Assembly: GCF_963921235.1 (NCBI RefSeq) | Contig: NC_086106.1 | Location: forward strand, 19,778,001-19,842,000 | DNA length: 64,000 bases | Source of the DNA: Mobula hypostoma | Taxonomy: Eukaryota | Direction of reading: 5' to 3' | Part shown: positions 24,444 to 38,060 of the stretch, in pieces | How the letters are laid out: the number at the start of each line of letters is the position of its first letter | Position numbering within the stretch: the stretch's first letter is position 1 | Position numbers and translations under genes: made by a program | Notes under the pieces: model-generated | Told to the model about the DNA's origin: nothing | Databases searched by the model: none | What the model saw: the letters and a program-made list of their open reading frames with translations, nothing else

Positions 24444-24659
24444 GTGAGCCTCTTTGTCCCAGTTATGGGAAAGGGACTGGAAAACCAGTAGAAAAGTTCC
24501 TCGTTCTGATTTTACTTTGCAATAATTTCTGATTCACTGCTCAATTCTGGGTGTTTTTGTGATTCTACCTCTAATGATGACTGCTGTTCAGTCCTGACCG
24601 AACGTAATCTACGGAAAAATCTCCACTAAACTTCTGAAGTTTCCATTTCTATTCCACAG

Positions 24660-24962
24660 AATTGTCTGTCTTTATTCAAAATCCCGACATTGAAGAGATA
24701 TGGATCAGCAAGACAGCTACTGTGAAGTGCATGGTTCTCTGTACCGATCCACAGGAAATCAACATCAGTTGGTTAGTGAACGGGACGAAGTCAAGAAACC
24801 CTGTTTTCTCCGAGCAACCAGAAAGTAAAGGAATCGTAAAAATAGTGATCAGTACGATGAGTTCCAGTGTAGAGGAGTGGCTCAGCGGGGTGGAGTACAA
24901 GTGCGTCATTGAAGATTTCTCCACGTCCACTCAAATGTCAGCAAAGACAAAAAGAACCAAAG
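24660..24962 (+). CDS. IgW: IgW CH3 exon, copy 2
   Basis: Open frame, same splice sites as copy 1; 6 nucleotide differences from copy 1. Confidence 0.92.
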
Positions 24963-25052
24963 GTAGGCAAGATGACCAGCAATTAAAAGGTCAGCATTAG
25001 ATAAAATGAGCAAAAATATTTTATAATACAATTGTCTGCTTGTCTCTTCCAG

Positions 25053-25370
25053 GAACAACAAAAAGACCTAATGTCAGATTGCTGCCTCCACCAGAGGAAG
25101 AAATCAAGTCCAACAGTGCTGCCATTCTTGAGTGTGTGGTCTCAGGATTCTACCCAGACCATATAACTGTCACCTGGGAGAAGGACAGCTCTGTGATCAG
25201 CTCCAGCACCAGTCCTACACCAACCGCTCTGGAGCAAGGGGGCACTTTCAGTGTCAGACACTTCCTGACTGTGACTTTACAGGAGTGGGAGACCGAATCA
25301 GTCTTCAGCTGTACAGTGATTCATCCCCCCTCCAACACCCGTATCAAGAAGCAAGTGAAGAATGTCCAAG
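25053..25370 (+). CDS. IgW: IgW CH4 exon, copy 2 (read-through tail to 25435)
   Basis: Open frame; 7 nucleotide differences from copy 1; ends aag|gtgttc. Confidence 0.92.
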
Positions 25371-28300
25371 GTGTTCCCTCGGACCCTATGAGAGGCAAGT
25401 GCAGAAATTGCTGGGGCTCTAGCAGAGATATTTAAAGCATCCTAAGCAACAGGACAGGCACCAGAGCATTGGAGGTTAGCCAATCCTGGTCCACTGTTTA
25501 AGAAGGGTGGTAGGTAGCAGAAAGGAAACTATAGACCTGTTAGCCTGACATTAGTGGTTGGAAAGTTGTTGGATGTCATTACGGCGTATCTGTAGGCACA
25601 TGACAGAATAGGCCAAAGCCAGCATGGTTTCCTGAAATTAAAATCCTGCCTATCCGACCTACTGTAATTTTTTGAGGAAATTACAAGCAGGGTAGACAAA
25701 CGAGATGCAGCAGACGTGTTATGCTTGGATTTTCAGAAGGCCTTTGACAAGGTGCCACACATGAGGCTGCTTAGCAAGATAAGAGCTAATGGAATTACAG
25801 GGGAGTTACTAGAATGGGTGGAACATTGGCTGATCGGCAGAAAACAGTGAGTGGGAATAAAGGGATCGTATTCTGGCTGGCTGACGGTTACTAGTGGAGC
25901 TCCAAAGGGGTCGGTGTTGGGACCGCTGCTTTTTACAGTGTATATCAATGATTTGGACTATGGGTTTAATGGATTTGCGGTTAAATTTGCCGATGATACA
26001 AGATAGTGGAGGACCGCGTAGTGTTGAGGAAACAGAGACCCTACAGAGAGACTGAGATAGTTTAGGTTTCGGGGAAGGGGCAAAGAAGTGGCCAATGAAA
26101 TACAATGTTGGAAATTGTGTGGTCATGCACTTTGGTGGAAGAAATAAACGGGCAGGCTATTATTTAGATGGGGAGAGAATTCAAAATGCAGAGATGCAAA
26201 GGGACTTGGAAGTCCTTGTCCAGGATACCCGAAAGGTTAACCTCCAAGGGGAGTCGGTGGTGAAGAAGGTGAATGCAATGTTGGCATTCATTTCTAGAGG
26301 TATAGAATATAAGAGCAGGGATGTGATGTTGAGGCTCGATAAGGCACTCGTGAGAACACACTTAGAGTATTATGTGCAGTATTGGGCTCCTTATCTTAGA
26401 AAGTATATACTGACATTGGGGAGGGTTCAGAGAAGATTCACGAGAATGATTCCAGGAATGAAAGGCTTACCGTATGAGGAACGTTTGGCAGTTCTTGGTC
26501 CGTATTCCCTGGAGTTCAGGAGTATGAGGGGTGATCTAATAGAAACAGTCTGAATGTCAAAAGGCCTGAACAGATTAGATATGGCAAAGTCATTTCCCAT
26601 GGTGGGGAAGTCTAGGACAAGAGGGCATGATTTCAGGATTGAAGGACGTCCATTTAGAACAGAGATGCAGAGAAATGACTTTTGTCAGAGGGTGGTAAAT
26701 CTGTGGAATATGTTCCTACAAGTGGCTGTGGAGGCCAAGTCATTGGGTGCACTTAAGGCAGAGATAAATAAGTTCTTGATTAGCCAGGGCATCAAAGGGC
26801 ATGGAGAGAAGGCAGGGGAGTGGGGATGACTGGATCAACCCATAATGGAATGACGGAGCAGACTTAATGGGCTGAATAGCCTACTTCTGCTCCTGTATCT
26901 TATGGTCTTATGGTCATATAAACAAAATCCAGGAAATTATAAACTGGTGAGTCTGACATAAGTTGTGGGAAAATTATGGGAAGGTATCCTATGGGACCGG
27001 ATACATGAGTATTTGGGTTGATATGGACAGATTAAGGATAGTCAGCATGGTTTTGTGTGTGTAGGGCGCATCTAACTAATCTTATGGAGGTTATTGAGGA
27101 AGTTACTAGGAACGTTAATGAAGGCAAGGCAGTGGATGTTGTCTACATGTACTTTAGTAAGGCACTTGACAAAGTACCACATGGGAGGCTGGTCGAGAAG
27201 GTTCCTTCGCTTAGCATTCAAGATGGATCACTAAATTGGATTAGACACTGGCTTTGTGGAAGAAGCCAGAGTGTGGTGGTAGATGGTTGCTTCTGGAGAC
27301 CTGTGACTAGCGGAGTGCCACAGGGAATGGTGCTGGGTCCATTGTTTGTTAACTCTGTCAATGATCTGGATGATAATGTGGTTAATTGGATCAGCAAATT
27401 TCTGTTGACACCAAGATTAGAGGTGTAGTGGACAGCAAGGAAGGCTATCATGGCTTGCAGAGCGATCTGCATCAGCTGGAAAAATTGAATGAAAAATAGG
27501 AAATGGAATTTAATGCAGACAAGTGTAAGGTTTTGCACTTCAGTAGGACCATACAGGGTAGGTTTTACACAGTGAATATTAGGGCACTGAGGAGTGTGGT
27601 AGAACAAAGGGGTTGGGAATACAGATACATAATTCATTGAAAGTGGTGTCACAGGTAGATAGGATCATGAAAGCTGCTAGCACATTGGACTTCGTAATCA
27701 GTGTATTCAGTACGCAAGATGGGATGCTGTGCTCCATGCCTGCTAATGTGATGAACTGATAAGTGAGGCTTTGGGCAACCTCCAGGCTGCTCTTGGGTTC
27801 AAACCTGCAGACTCAGTTTAGGTTTGGAATGTTGTTGTTTGCTTCAATTGCTTACATGTTTTGCATTTTTTTTCTTTCTCTTGTACACCGGATCTGGTCT
27901 TTTTTTTAAATGAGTTATTTCGGGTTTCTTGCTTTGTCGCTACCGATGAGAAAGCTAATCTCAAGACTGTACAATAATGAATTCTTTGACAATAAATGTA
28001 CTTGATTATTGAACCGGAACTTGAATGTTCTGTTGAAGTTGTCTAAGACATTAGTGAGACCTAATTTGGACTATTGTGTGCAGTTTTGGTCACCTACTTA
28101 CAGGAAAGATGTAAATAAGATTGAAAGAGTGCAAAGAAAATTTAAAAGTATGTTCCCGAGTCTGGAGGACCTGAGTTATAGCAATTACAGAATGGAAACA
28201 GGCCATCTCGGCCCTTATAGTCTGTATAGAGAAAGATTGAATACGTTAGGACTATATTCTTTGGAATGTAGAAGATTGAGATAAGATTTGATAGAGGTGT

Positions 28301-29488
28301 ACTAAATTAGGAGGGGTATAGATAGGGTGGGCTGGCTAGTGGCGTTGTGGCATCAGCGCCGGACTTAGGAACAAAGGCTCCCGAGTTCAAATCCAGCCAA
28401 CTCCCTTGCACGCTTTCCATCTGTGCTGGGTTGAGTGTCAAGCTAGCAACCCTGCCTCGTAATAATAAGAAAGCCTGCAAATAAAAGGCCATCATGATGG
28501 CATCCCGATGACTCCATTCGGAGTTAAGGGCTTTCTTCTTCTTCTTCTTCATAGATAGGGTAAATTCAAACATGCTCTTTCCACTGAGGTTGAGTGAGAC
28601 TACAACCAGAGGTCATGGGTTGAGGGTGAAAGGTGAAAAGTTTAACAGGAACATGAGGGGAAATTTCTTCACTCAGAGGGTCATAAGAGTGTGTAATGAG
28701 CTGCCAGTGCAAGTGGTGCATGCGAGGTTGATTTCAACACTTAAAAGAAGTTTGGATAGGTTCTTGGACAGTAGGGATATGGAGGGCTAAAATCCTGGTG
28801 CAGGTCAATGGAAATAGGCATTTTAATAATATTGGCATGGACTAGATGGGCCGAAGGGTCTGTTTATATGCTGTACTTCTCTATGACTCTATCACTTTGC
28901 TGCAAATCCCTCATATGAAAATGCTCTCTCCCTCCGCCTTTCAACGTAATCCCAGCCTCTGATTAGTGCCTCAGTTGTGACTAAATTTCCAGCAGAGCAG
29001 CTCTCCCTCTGCTCCTGTGTGGGAATACTCAGCCTGGACAATGTGTAGAAGCCTCTCGAGGGCGGCTTGAATACACAACATTTTGACAATGCAGCTGGAA
29101 ATTTCAGTTACATGCTTCCAAAATGATTAAGATTCTTAGGAGCCACAGTGACTTGGCTGATTGCATTCAGAATAGGCTTGCCCATTGAGGACAGAAGGTA
29201 GTGATCGATAGGTCCTAACCTGGAGAATAGTTCGTGTCCAGTGGTGCTCAGCAGAAGAATGTAATGGGAAAGTTTGCAGTTTGTGCTACATGTAACCTGA
29301 GTGAAGATGTGGATGGCTTGGTTAATGAGTGTGCAGAGGATACAAAGATTGTGGCAATGAATTCCCCAGATTCAATATCCGTTTGGCGAAAGAAATTCAT
29401 CCTCATATCTGTTTTAACGGCATGCAGTTGTGACCTCTGGTCCTAGATACCACCACGACAGGAGATATCATCTCCATGTCCACTTTAT

Positions 29489-30717
29489 AGAAACATAGAA
29501 ACATAGAAAATAGGTGCAGGAGTAGGCCATTCGACCCTTCGAGCCTGCACCGCCATTTATTATGATCATGGCTGATCATCCAACTCAGAACCCAGCCTTC
29601 CCTCCATACCCCCTGACCCCTGTAGCCACAAGGGCCATATCTAACTTCCTTTTAAACATAGCTAATGAACTGGCCTCAACAGTTTGCTGTGGCAGAGAAT
29701 TCCACAGATTCACCACTCTCTGTGTGAAGAAGTTTTTCCTAACCTCGGTCCTAAAAGGCTTCCCCTCTATCCTCAAACTGTGACCCCTCGTTCTAGACCT
29801 CCCCAACATCGGGAACAATCTTCCCGCATCTAGCCTGTCCAATCCCTTTAGGATCTTATACGTTTCAATCAGATCCCCCCTCAATCTTCTAAATTCCAAC
29901 GAGTACAAGCCCAGTTCATCCAGTCTTTCTTCATATGAAAGACCTGCCATCCCAGGAATCAATCTGGTGAACCTTCTTTGTACTCCCTCTATGGCAAAGA
30001 TGTCTTTCCTCAGATTAGGGGACCAAAACTGCACACAATACTCCAGGTGTGGTCTCACCAAGGCCTTGTACAACTGCAGTAGTACCTCCCTGCTCCTGTA
30101 CTCGAATCCTCTCGCTATAAATGCCAGCATACCGTTCGCCTTTTTCACCGCCTGCTGTACCTGCATGCCCACTTTCAATGACTGGTGTATAATGACACCC
30201 AGGTCTCGTTGCACCTCCCCTTTTCCTAATCGGCCACCATTCAGATAATAATCTGTTTTCCTATTTTTGCCACCAAAGTGGATAACTTCACATTTATCCA
30301 CATTAAATTGCATCTGCCATGAGTTTGCCCACTCACCCAACCTATCCAAGTCACCCTGCATCCTCTTAGCATCCTCCTCACTGCTAACACTGCCACCCAG
30401 CTTCGTGTCATCCGCAAACTTGGAGATGCTGCATTTAATTCCCTCATCCAAGTCATTAATATATATTGTAAACAACTGGGGTCCCAGCACTGAGCCTTGC
30501 GGTACCCCACTAGTCACCGCCTGCCATTCTGAAAAGGTCCCATTTATTCCCACTCTTTGCTTCCTGTCTGCTAACCAATTCTCCACCCACACCAATACCT
30601 TACCCCCAATACCGTGTGCTTTAAGTTTGCACACTAATCTCCTGTGTGGGACCTTGTCAAAAGCCTTTTGAAAATCCAAATATACCACATCCACAGGTTC
30701 TCCCCTATCCACTCTAT
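29489..30717 (-). mobile_element. Young 5'-truncated CR1 LINE with an open 381-aa RT C-terminal frame
   Basis: ORF 29585-30730 (-) has YLDFQKAFDK, GVPQGSVLGP and KFADDTK; (catagaaa)n tail; near-duplicated target tccactttat/tccactctat; absent at the equivalent sites (~17975 and ~43940). Confidence 0.92.
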
Positions 30718-33700
30718 CTTGGCCTTTCAATAATCAATAGGGTTCAAAGAGATTTTTAAACTACAGCGAGTAAAGGCTCAGAGACATCAAACATTCCTCA
30801 TAAATTAACTGCTTCATTCCCAGAATTATTCATGTGAACTTCCTCTGAACACTCCCCAATGCCAGCACATCCTTTCTTAGATAAATAGCCCAAAACTGTT
30901 CACAATGCTCCACGTGGTCAGTAAGACCAATGCCTTTCAGAGCCTCAGCTTTATAACATTATTCTTATAATGGTGGCCCTATTATAGGAAGGATGTGTAG
31001 GCCTTGGCAAGGAAAGCACAGGAGCACTGTCAGGCCTGCTTTGATTCGGTGGACTGGACTGCATTCAGGGATTCACCTTTGATTTTGGATGAGCATGCTA
31101 CAGATGTTACTGACTTCATTAAACCTGTGTGGATGAGTGTGTGCCTGCAAAAACCTGCTGTAGATTCCCAAACCAAAAGCCCTCGATGAACCAGGAGGTC
31201 CATCATCTGCTGAAGGCTAGATCTGTGGCATTTAAATTCGGTGACCTAGGTCTGTACAAAAAATCCAGATGTGATTTGCGGAGGGCTATTCCTAGAGCGA
31301 AGAATCAATTTCAGTTGGAGGCGACATCCAGTGAGTGTCAACTCTGGCAGGTTTGCAGGATATTAATTCCTACAAAGCAAAACCCAATAGCATGAATCGC
31401 GGGGATACTTCACTACCAGATGAATTCAATGCCTTCTATGCCCATTTTGAAAGGGAGAATATAACTGCAGCTGTGAACATCCCTGTTGCACCTGGTGACC
31501 CCGTGATCTCTGTCTCAGAGACCGATGTCAGGCTGTCTTGAACAAGGGTGAACCCTCGTAAGGTGGCAGACCCCAATGGAGTATTTGGTAAGGCTCTGAA
31601 AATTTGTGCCAAACAACTGGCGGGAGTATTCAAGGACAACTTCAATCTCTCACTGCTATGGTTGGAAGTTCCCACCCGCTTCAAAAAGGAAACAATTATA
31701 CCAGTGCCTAAGAAGAATAGTGTGAGCTGCCTTAATGACTATCGACCAGTAGCACTCACATCCACATTAATGAAATGCTTGGAGAGTTTAGTCACGGCTA
31801 GAATCAATTCTCGCCTCAGCAAGGACGTGGAGTCACTGGAATTTCCCTACTGCCACACAAGGTCTGCAGCAGATGTGACCACAATGGCTCTTCACACAGA
31901 CTGAGACCACCTGATCAATACAAACACCTATGTCAGGATGCTGTTCGTTGACTATAGCTCAGCATTCCGACAGTACGGATCGATAAGCCACAGAACCTAG
32001 GCCTCTGTATCTCCCTCTGCAATTAGATCCTTGACTTCCCAACAGGAAGACCACAAACTGTTCAGATTGATGATAATATTTCCTCCTCGCTGACGATCAA
32101 CACTGGTGCATCTTAGCTCATTGCTCTATTCCCTCTACAACCATGACTGTGAGGCTAGGTATAGCTCAAATACCATCTATAAATTTGCTGATGATACAAC
32201 CATTGTTGGTAAAATCTCAGATGAAGACAAGAGGGCCTACAGGAGCGAGGTATGCCAACTAGTAGAGTGGTGTTGCAGCAACAAACTTGCTCTCAAAGTC
32301 AGCGAGACAAAAGAGCTGATTGTGCACTTCAGGAAGGGTACAAAGATGGAAAACATACCAATCCTCATCGGGTGATTGAAAGTGGAAAGAGCAAGCAATT
32401 TCAGGTTGCTGGGTTTCAAGATCTCTGAGGATCTAACCTGGTCCCAACACATTGATGAAGCTACGTAAAAGGCAAGACAGTGACTATATTTCATTAAGAA
32501 TTTGATGAGATTTGGCTTGTCAGTTAAAACACTGCAAAACTTCGATGGATGTACCATGGAGAGTATTCTGACAGACTACATCACTGTTTGGTATGGGGGT
32601 GCTACTGCACAGGACTGAAAGAAGCTACAGAAAGTTGTAAAAGTAGTCACCTCCATCATGGTACTAGCCTCTGTAGTATCCAAGACATCTTCAAGGAGCA
32701 GTGCCTCAGGAAGATAGCTAGTTAGATAGATTGGTAGAAACATTGAAACATAGACAACCTATAGCACAATACGGGCCCTTTGGCACACAATGCTGTGCAG
32801 AACATGGCCTTACTTTAATTACCTTAGCTTAACCATAGCCCTCTATTTTTCTAAGCTCTGTCTACCTGTCCAGGAGTCTCCTAAAAGACTCTATTGTCTC
32901 CGACTCCACCACCGTAACCGGCAGCCCATTCCACGCACTCATCACTCTCAGCATAAAAAACTTACCCCAACATGTCCTCTGTACCTAATTTCAAGTAGCT
33001 TAAATCTGTTCCCTCTTATGTTAGGCATTTCAGCTCTGGGAAAAAGCCTCTGACAATCCACACGATCAATGCCTATCATCATCTTATACACCTCTGTCAG
33101 GTCACCTCTCATCTTCCATCGCTCCAAGGAGAAAAGACCAAATTCACTCAATCTATTCTCATAAGGAATGCTCCCCAACCCTGGCAACATCCTTGTAAAT
33201 CTCCTCTGCACCCTTTCTATGGATTCCACATCTTTCCTGTAGTGAGGTGACCAGAACTGAGCACAGTACTCCATGTAGAGTCCAACCAGGATCCTATATA
33301 GCTGCAAAATGACCTCATGGTTCCTAAACTCAATCCCACAGTTGATGAAGGCCAATGCACCGTATGCCTCCTTAACCACAGAGTCAACCTGCATAGTATC
33401 TTTCAGTGTCCTATGGACTCGGACCCGAAGATCCATCTGATTTCCACACCGCCAAGTCTTAACATTAATACTATATTCTGCCATCATATCTGACCTATCA
33501 AAATGAAGCACCTTGTACTTATCTGCGTTGAACGCCATCTGCCACTTCTCAGCCACGTTTTGCATCCTATTGATGTCCCGCTGTAAACGCTGACAGCCCT
33601 CCACACTATCCACAACACCCCCAACCTTTGTGTCATCAGCAAATTTACTTACCCATCCCTCCACTTCTTTATCCAGGTCATTTATAAATATTGCAAAGAA

Positions 33701-36362
33701 AAGGGGTCCCAGAACAAATCCCTGAGGCACATCACTAGTCACCGACATCCATGCAGACTATGAACCATCTACAACCACTCTTTGCCTTCTGCGGGCAAGC
33801 CAATTCTGAATCCACAAAGCAATGTCCCCTTGGATCCCATGCCTCCCTATTTTCCCAATAAACCTTGCATGGTGCACCTTATCAAATGCCTTGCTGAAAT
33901 CCATATACACTACATCTACTGCTCTACCTTCATCAGTATGTTTAGTCACATCCTCAAAAAATTCAATTAGGCTCGTAAGGCACTACCTGCCTTTGAAAAA
34001 GCCATACTGACTATTCCTAATATCATGCCTCTCCAAATGTTCATCAATCCTGCCTCTCAGGATCATTTTCCATCAACTTACCAACCATTGAAGTAAGATT
34101 CACTGGTCTATAATTTCCTGGGCTATCTCCACTCCCTTTCTTGAATAAGGGAACAACATTCACAACCCTCCAATCCTCTGGAACCTCTCCTGACTCAATT
34201 GATAATGCAAGGATCATCACCAGAGCCTCAGACATTACCTCCCATAGCAGCCTGGGGTACATCTTGTCCAGTCCAGGTGACTTATCCAACTTGATGCTTT
34301 CAAGAGCTCCAGCACATCCTCTTTCATAATATCTACATGCTCAAGCTTCTTAGTGGCTGTAAGTCATCCCTACAATCACCATAATCCTTTCCCGTAGTGA
34401 ATACTAAAGCAAACTATTCATTAAGTACCTCTTCTATCTCCTCCGGTTCCATATGCACGTTTCCACTGTCGCACTTGATTGGTGCTATAATCTCACTTCT
34501 TATCCTCTTGCTCTTCACATACTTGTAGAATGCCATGGGGTTTTCCTTAATCGTGTCCACCAAGGCCTTCTCATGGCCCCTTCTGGCTCTCCTAGTTTCA
34601 TTATTAAGCTCCTTCCTGCTAGCCTTATAATCTTCTAGATCTCTATCACTACCTAGTTCTTTGAACCTTTTGTAAGCTTTTCTTTTCTTCTGGACCAAAT
34701 TTTCAACAGCCTTTGTACACCACAGTTCTTGTACCCTACTATCCTTTCCCTGTCTCATTGGAACATTCCTACGCAGAACTCCACTCAAATATCCCCTGAA
34801 CATTTGCCACATTTCTGCCGTACACTTCTCTGAGAATATCTGTTCCCCATTTATGATAGATAGATAGATAGATAGATACTTTATTGACCCCAAAAGAAAT
34901 TACATTGTCACAGTAGCTTAACAAGCGCACAGATATAAAAATATTAAAAGAGAAGTTGGAGAGAATAAAAATATAATTTAACTGAAACAGTCTAACAGGA
35001 GGGGGGGTCATCACTCCCCTGGCTATAGGTTGACATTATATTGCCTAATGGCTGAGGCCAAGAATGACCTCATAGAGCACTCTTTGGAGCAGCTCTGTTG
35101 TCTTAGTCTATTACTGAAAGCGCTCCTCTGTTCAGTCAAGGTTACATGCAGAGGTTGAGAAACACTATCCAGAATTGCCAGGATTTTCCGTCGGGTCCTT
35201 TGTTCTACCATAACCTCCACTGTGTCCAGTTTGACTCCTATAATAGAGCCAGCCTTTATAATCAGTTTACTGAGCCTGTTGGCAACACATTTGTTGATGC
35301 CATAGCCCCAGTACACCACCACATAGAAGATTGTACTGGTGACAACAAACTGGTAGAACACATGCAGGAGGGACCTGCATACTCCAAAGGACCTTGGTCT
35401 CCTCTGGAAGTAGAGGTGACTCTGGCCCTTCTTCTACACAGCCTCTATGTCGGTACTCCACTCGTCCGTCATCCAGGTGCACCCTCAGGTACTTGTAGAT
35501 CCTCACAACATCCACGTCCGCACCATCATTGGTAACAGGGAGCAGTGCAGGCTTAGTCCTCCTGAAGTCCATCACCATCTCTTTCGCTAACAGATGTTGA
35601 GCTGCAGATGATTCAGCTTGCACCATTTGACAAGGTCCTCCACCAAGGCCCTGTACTCATTCTCCCACAATCCCTTTATACACCCAACTATTGCTGAGTC
35701 AGAGAATTTTGGCAGATGACATAACTCAGTGTTATATCTAATGTCCAAGGTAAACAGGGTAAACAGGAAGCCAATACAGTTCCCTGTGGGCCCCTAGTGC
35801 TGCTTATAACTATGTCTGACACACAGCTCTGAGGCTGCACGTACTGTGGTCTGCCACTCAGGTAGTCTATTATCCAGGATACAATGGAAATGCCAATCTG
35901 AATTGAATGAAGCTTTTTACCCAGCAATGAGGGCTGTATGGTATTGAGGGCACTTGAGAAATCAAACAAACATGCCCTGCTTATCCAAACGGGAGAAGGC
36001 ACTGTTCAGCAGGTAGATGACAGCATTGTCAACTTCAGTGTGCTCCTGGTAGGCAAACTGCAGGGGATGAAGGACTGATCTGACCAGGAGTCAGAGGTGA
36101 GCCAGGTCCGGCCTCTCTAGGATGTGTGAGGTCACGGCCACCTCCATTATTAAGGACACCCATCACTCAAGATATGCCCTCTTCTCATTGTTACCGTCAG
36201 GAAGGAGGTACTGAAGCCTGAAGGCACATTATCATTGATTCAGGAACAGCTTCTTCCCCTCTGCCATACAATTCCTAAATGGACATTGAACCCATGCACA
36301 CTACCTCACTTTTTGAAAGTAGATATTATTTTTGTATTTGCACAACTTTTAATCTAGTTAGT

Positions 36363-36380
36363 ATACACACACACACACAG

Positions 36381-36431
<51 letters not shown>

Positions 36432-36447
36432 GAACATATATATATAT
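36363..36447. repeat. Compound microsatellite (CA)n(TA)n(GA)n(TA)n
   Basis: Visible directly; the equivalent position at ~23726-23755 has only (TA)n. Confidence 0.9.
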
Positions 36448-37098
36448 TTACTGCAATTGATTTACTAATTTATTTTAAATTGTTTCTTTTTATATATATT
36501 GTATGGAACTGCTGTTGCTAAGCTAACAAATTTCACTACACATGCTGCTGATAATAAACCTGATTCTGATTCTTTGGAGAGGTTGCAGAAGAGGCTTATC
36601 AGGATGCTACCTGGATTAGAGGGCTCGGTCTATGAGGGGAAGTCAAACAAACTTGGCTTCTTTTCTCTGAAGTGGTAGATTCTGAAAGAAGATTTGACAG
36701 ACCTTTATAAGATTGTCAGAGGTATATAGTGCAGAGAGCCAGTGTCTACAGTCTGTAGCAGGGTTGAAATATCTAAAGCTAGATGGCATGCATTTAGGAG
36801 GGGAGGGGATTTAATTCAAAGGAGATGGGCAGGGCAGGTTTTGTGCACACACAGTGGTGGCCAGAATGTGTTGCCAAGGATGGCAGTGGTTGCAAATAGA
36901 GATATTTCAGAGACTTTTATATGGGAACATGTTGAAGTTCATGCGGGAGGTGAAGGCTGTAGAGATGGGGAGAGGCGTGGTCACAGTACAAATGAAATGT
37001 TGTGATGCAAAGGGTCTGCAATCATAATTGTATTGTATTGTTTCTGTCCTATGTAATTTGCATGCTTCCCTCTCACTGTGCTAAGTTTGGTTTTGCAG

Positions 37099-37133
37099 TA
37101 TCACACCATCACAAGAATTCTGCAGTCCCAGCG
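37099..37133 (+). other. Candidate 35-nt micro-exon, copy 3
   Basis: ttttgcag| ... |gtgagc; read-through VSHHHKNSAVPAVSLFVPVMGKGLENQ* (stop 37181). Confidence 0.4.
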
Positions 37134-37349
37134 GTGAGCCTCTTTGTCCCAGTTATGGGAAAGGGACTGGAAAACCAGTAGAAAGGTTCCTCATTCTGAT
37201 TTTACTTTGCAATATATTCTGACTCACTGCTTAAATCTGGGTGCTTTTGTGATTCTATCTCTAATGATGACTGCTGTTCAGTCCTGACCAAATGTAATCA
37301 ACAGAAAAGTCTCCACTAACGTTCTGAAGTTTCCATTTCTATTCCACAG

Positions 37350-37652
37350 AATTGTCTGTCTTTATTCAAAATCCCGACATTGAAGAGATATGGATCAGCA
37401 AGACAGCTACTGTGAAGTGCATAGTTCTCTGTACCGATCCACAGGAAATCAACATCAGTTGGTTAGTGAACGGGATGAAGTCAAGAAACGCTGTTTTCTC
37501 CGAGCAACCAGAAAGTAAAGGAATCGTAAAAATAGTGATCAGTACAATGAATTCCAGTGCAGAGGAGTGGCTCAGCGGGGTGGAGTACAAGTGCGTCATT
37601 CAGGATTTGTCCACGTCCACTCAAATGTCAGCAAAGACAAAAAGTACCAAAG
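37350..37652 (+). CDS. IgW: IgW CH3 exon, copy 3
   Basis: Open frame, canonical splice sites; ~10 nucleotide differences from copy 2. Confidence 0.92.
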
Positions 37653-37742
37653 GTAGGCAAGATGACCAGGAATTAAAAGGTCAACATCAGATAAAATGAG
37701 CAAAAATATTTTATAGTACTATTGTCTGCTTGTCTCTTCCAG

Positions 37743-38060
37743 GAACAACAAAAAGACCTAATGTCAGATTGCTGCCTCCACCAGAGGAAGAAATCAAATC
37801 CAACAGTACTGCCGTTCTTGAGTGTGTGGTCTCAGGATTCTACCCAGACCATATAACTGTCACCTGGGAGAAGGACAGCTCTGTGATCAGCTCCAGCACC
37901 AGTCCTACACCAACCGCTCTGGAGCAAGGGGGCACTTTCAGTGTCAGACACTTCCTGACCTTGAGTTTACAGGAGTGGGAGACCGAATCAGTCTTCAGCT
38001 GTACAGTGATTCATCCCCCCTCCAACACCCGTATCAAGAAGCAAGTGAAGAATGTCCAAG
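37743..38060 (+). CDS. IgW: IgW CH4 exon, copy 3 (read-through tail to 38125)
   Basis: Open frame; ends aag|gtgttc; tail GVPSDPTKGKCRNFWGSSRDI*. Confidence 0.92.

Noticed and set aside
29585-30730. 381-aa ORF as a host reverse-transcriptase gene
   Set aside because: It is a 5'-truncated CR1 with tail and target duplication; the ORF start lies in flanking DNA.
37056-37063. Octamer ATTTGCAT as an Ig enhancer
   Set aside because: Not conserved in units 1 and 2 (atttgcac in unit 2); expected by chance.
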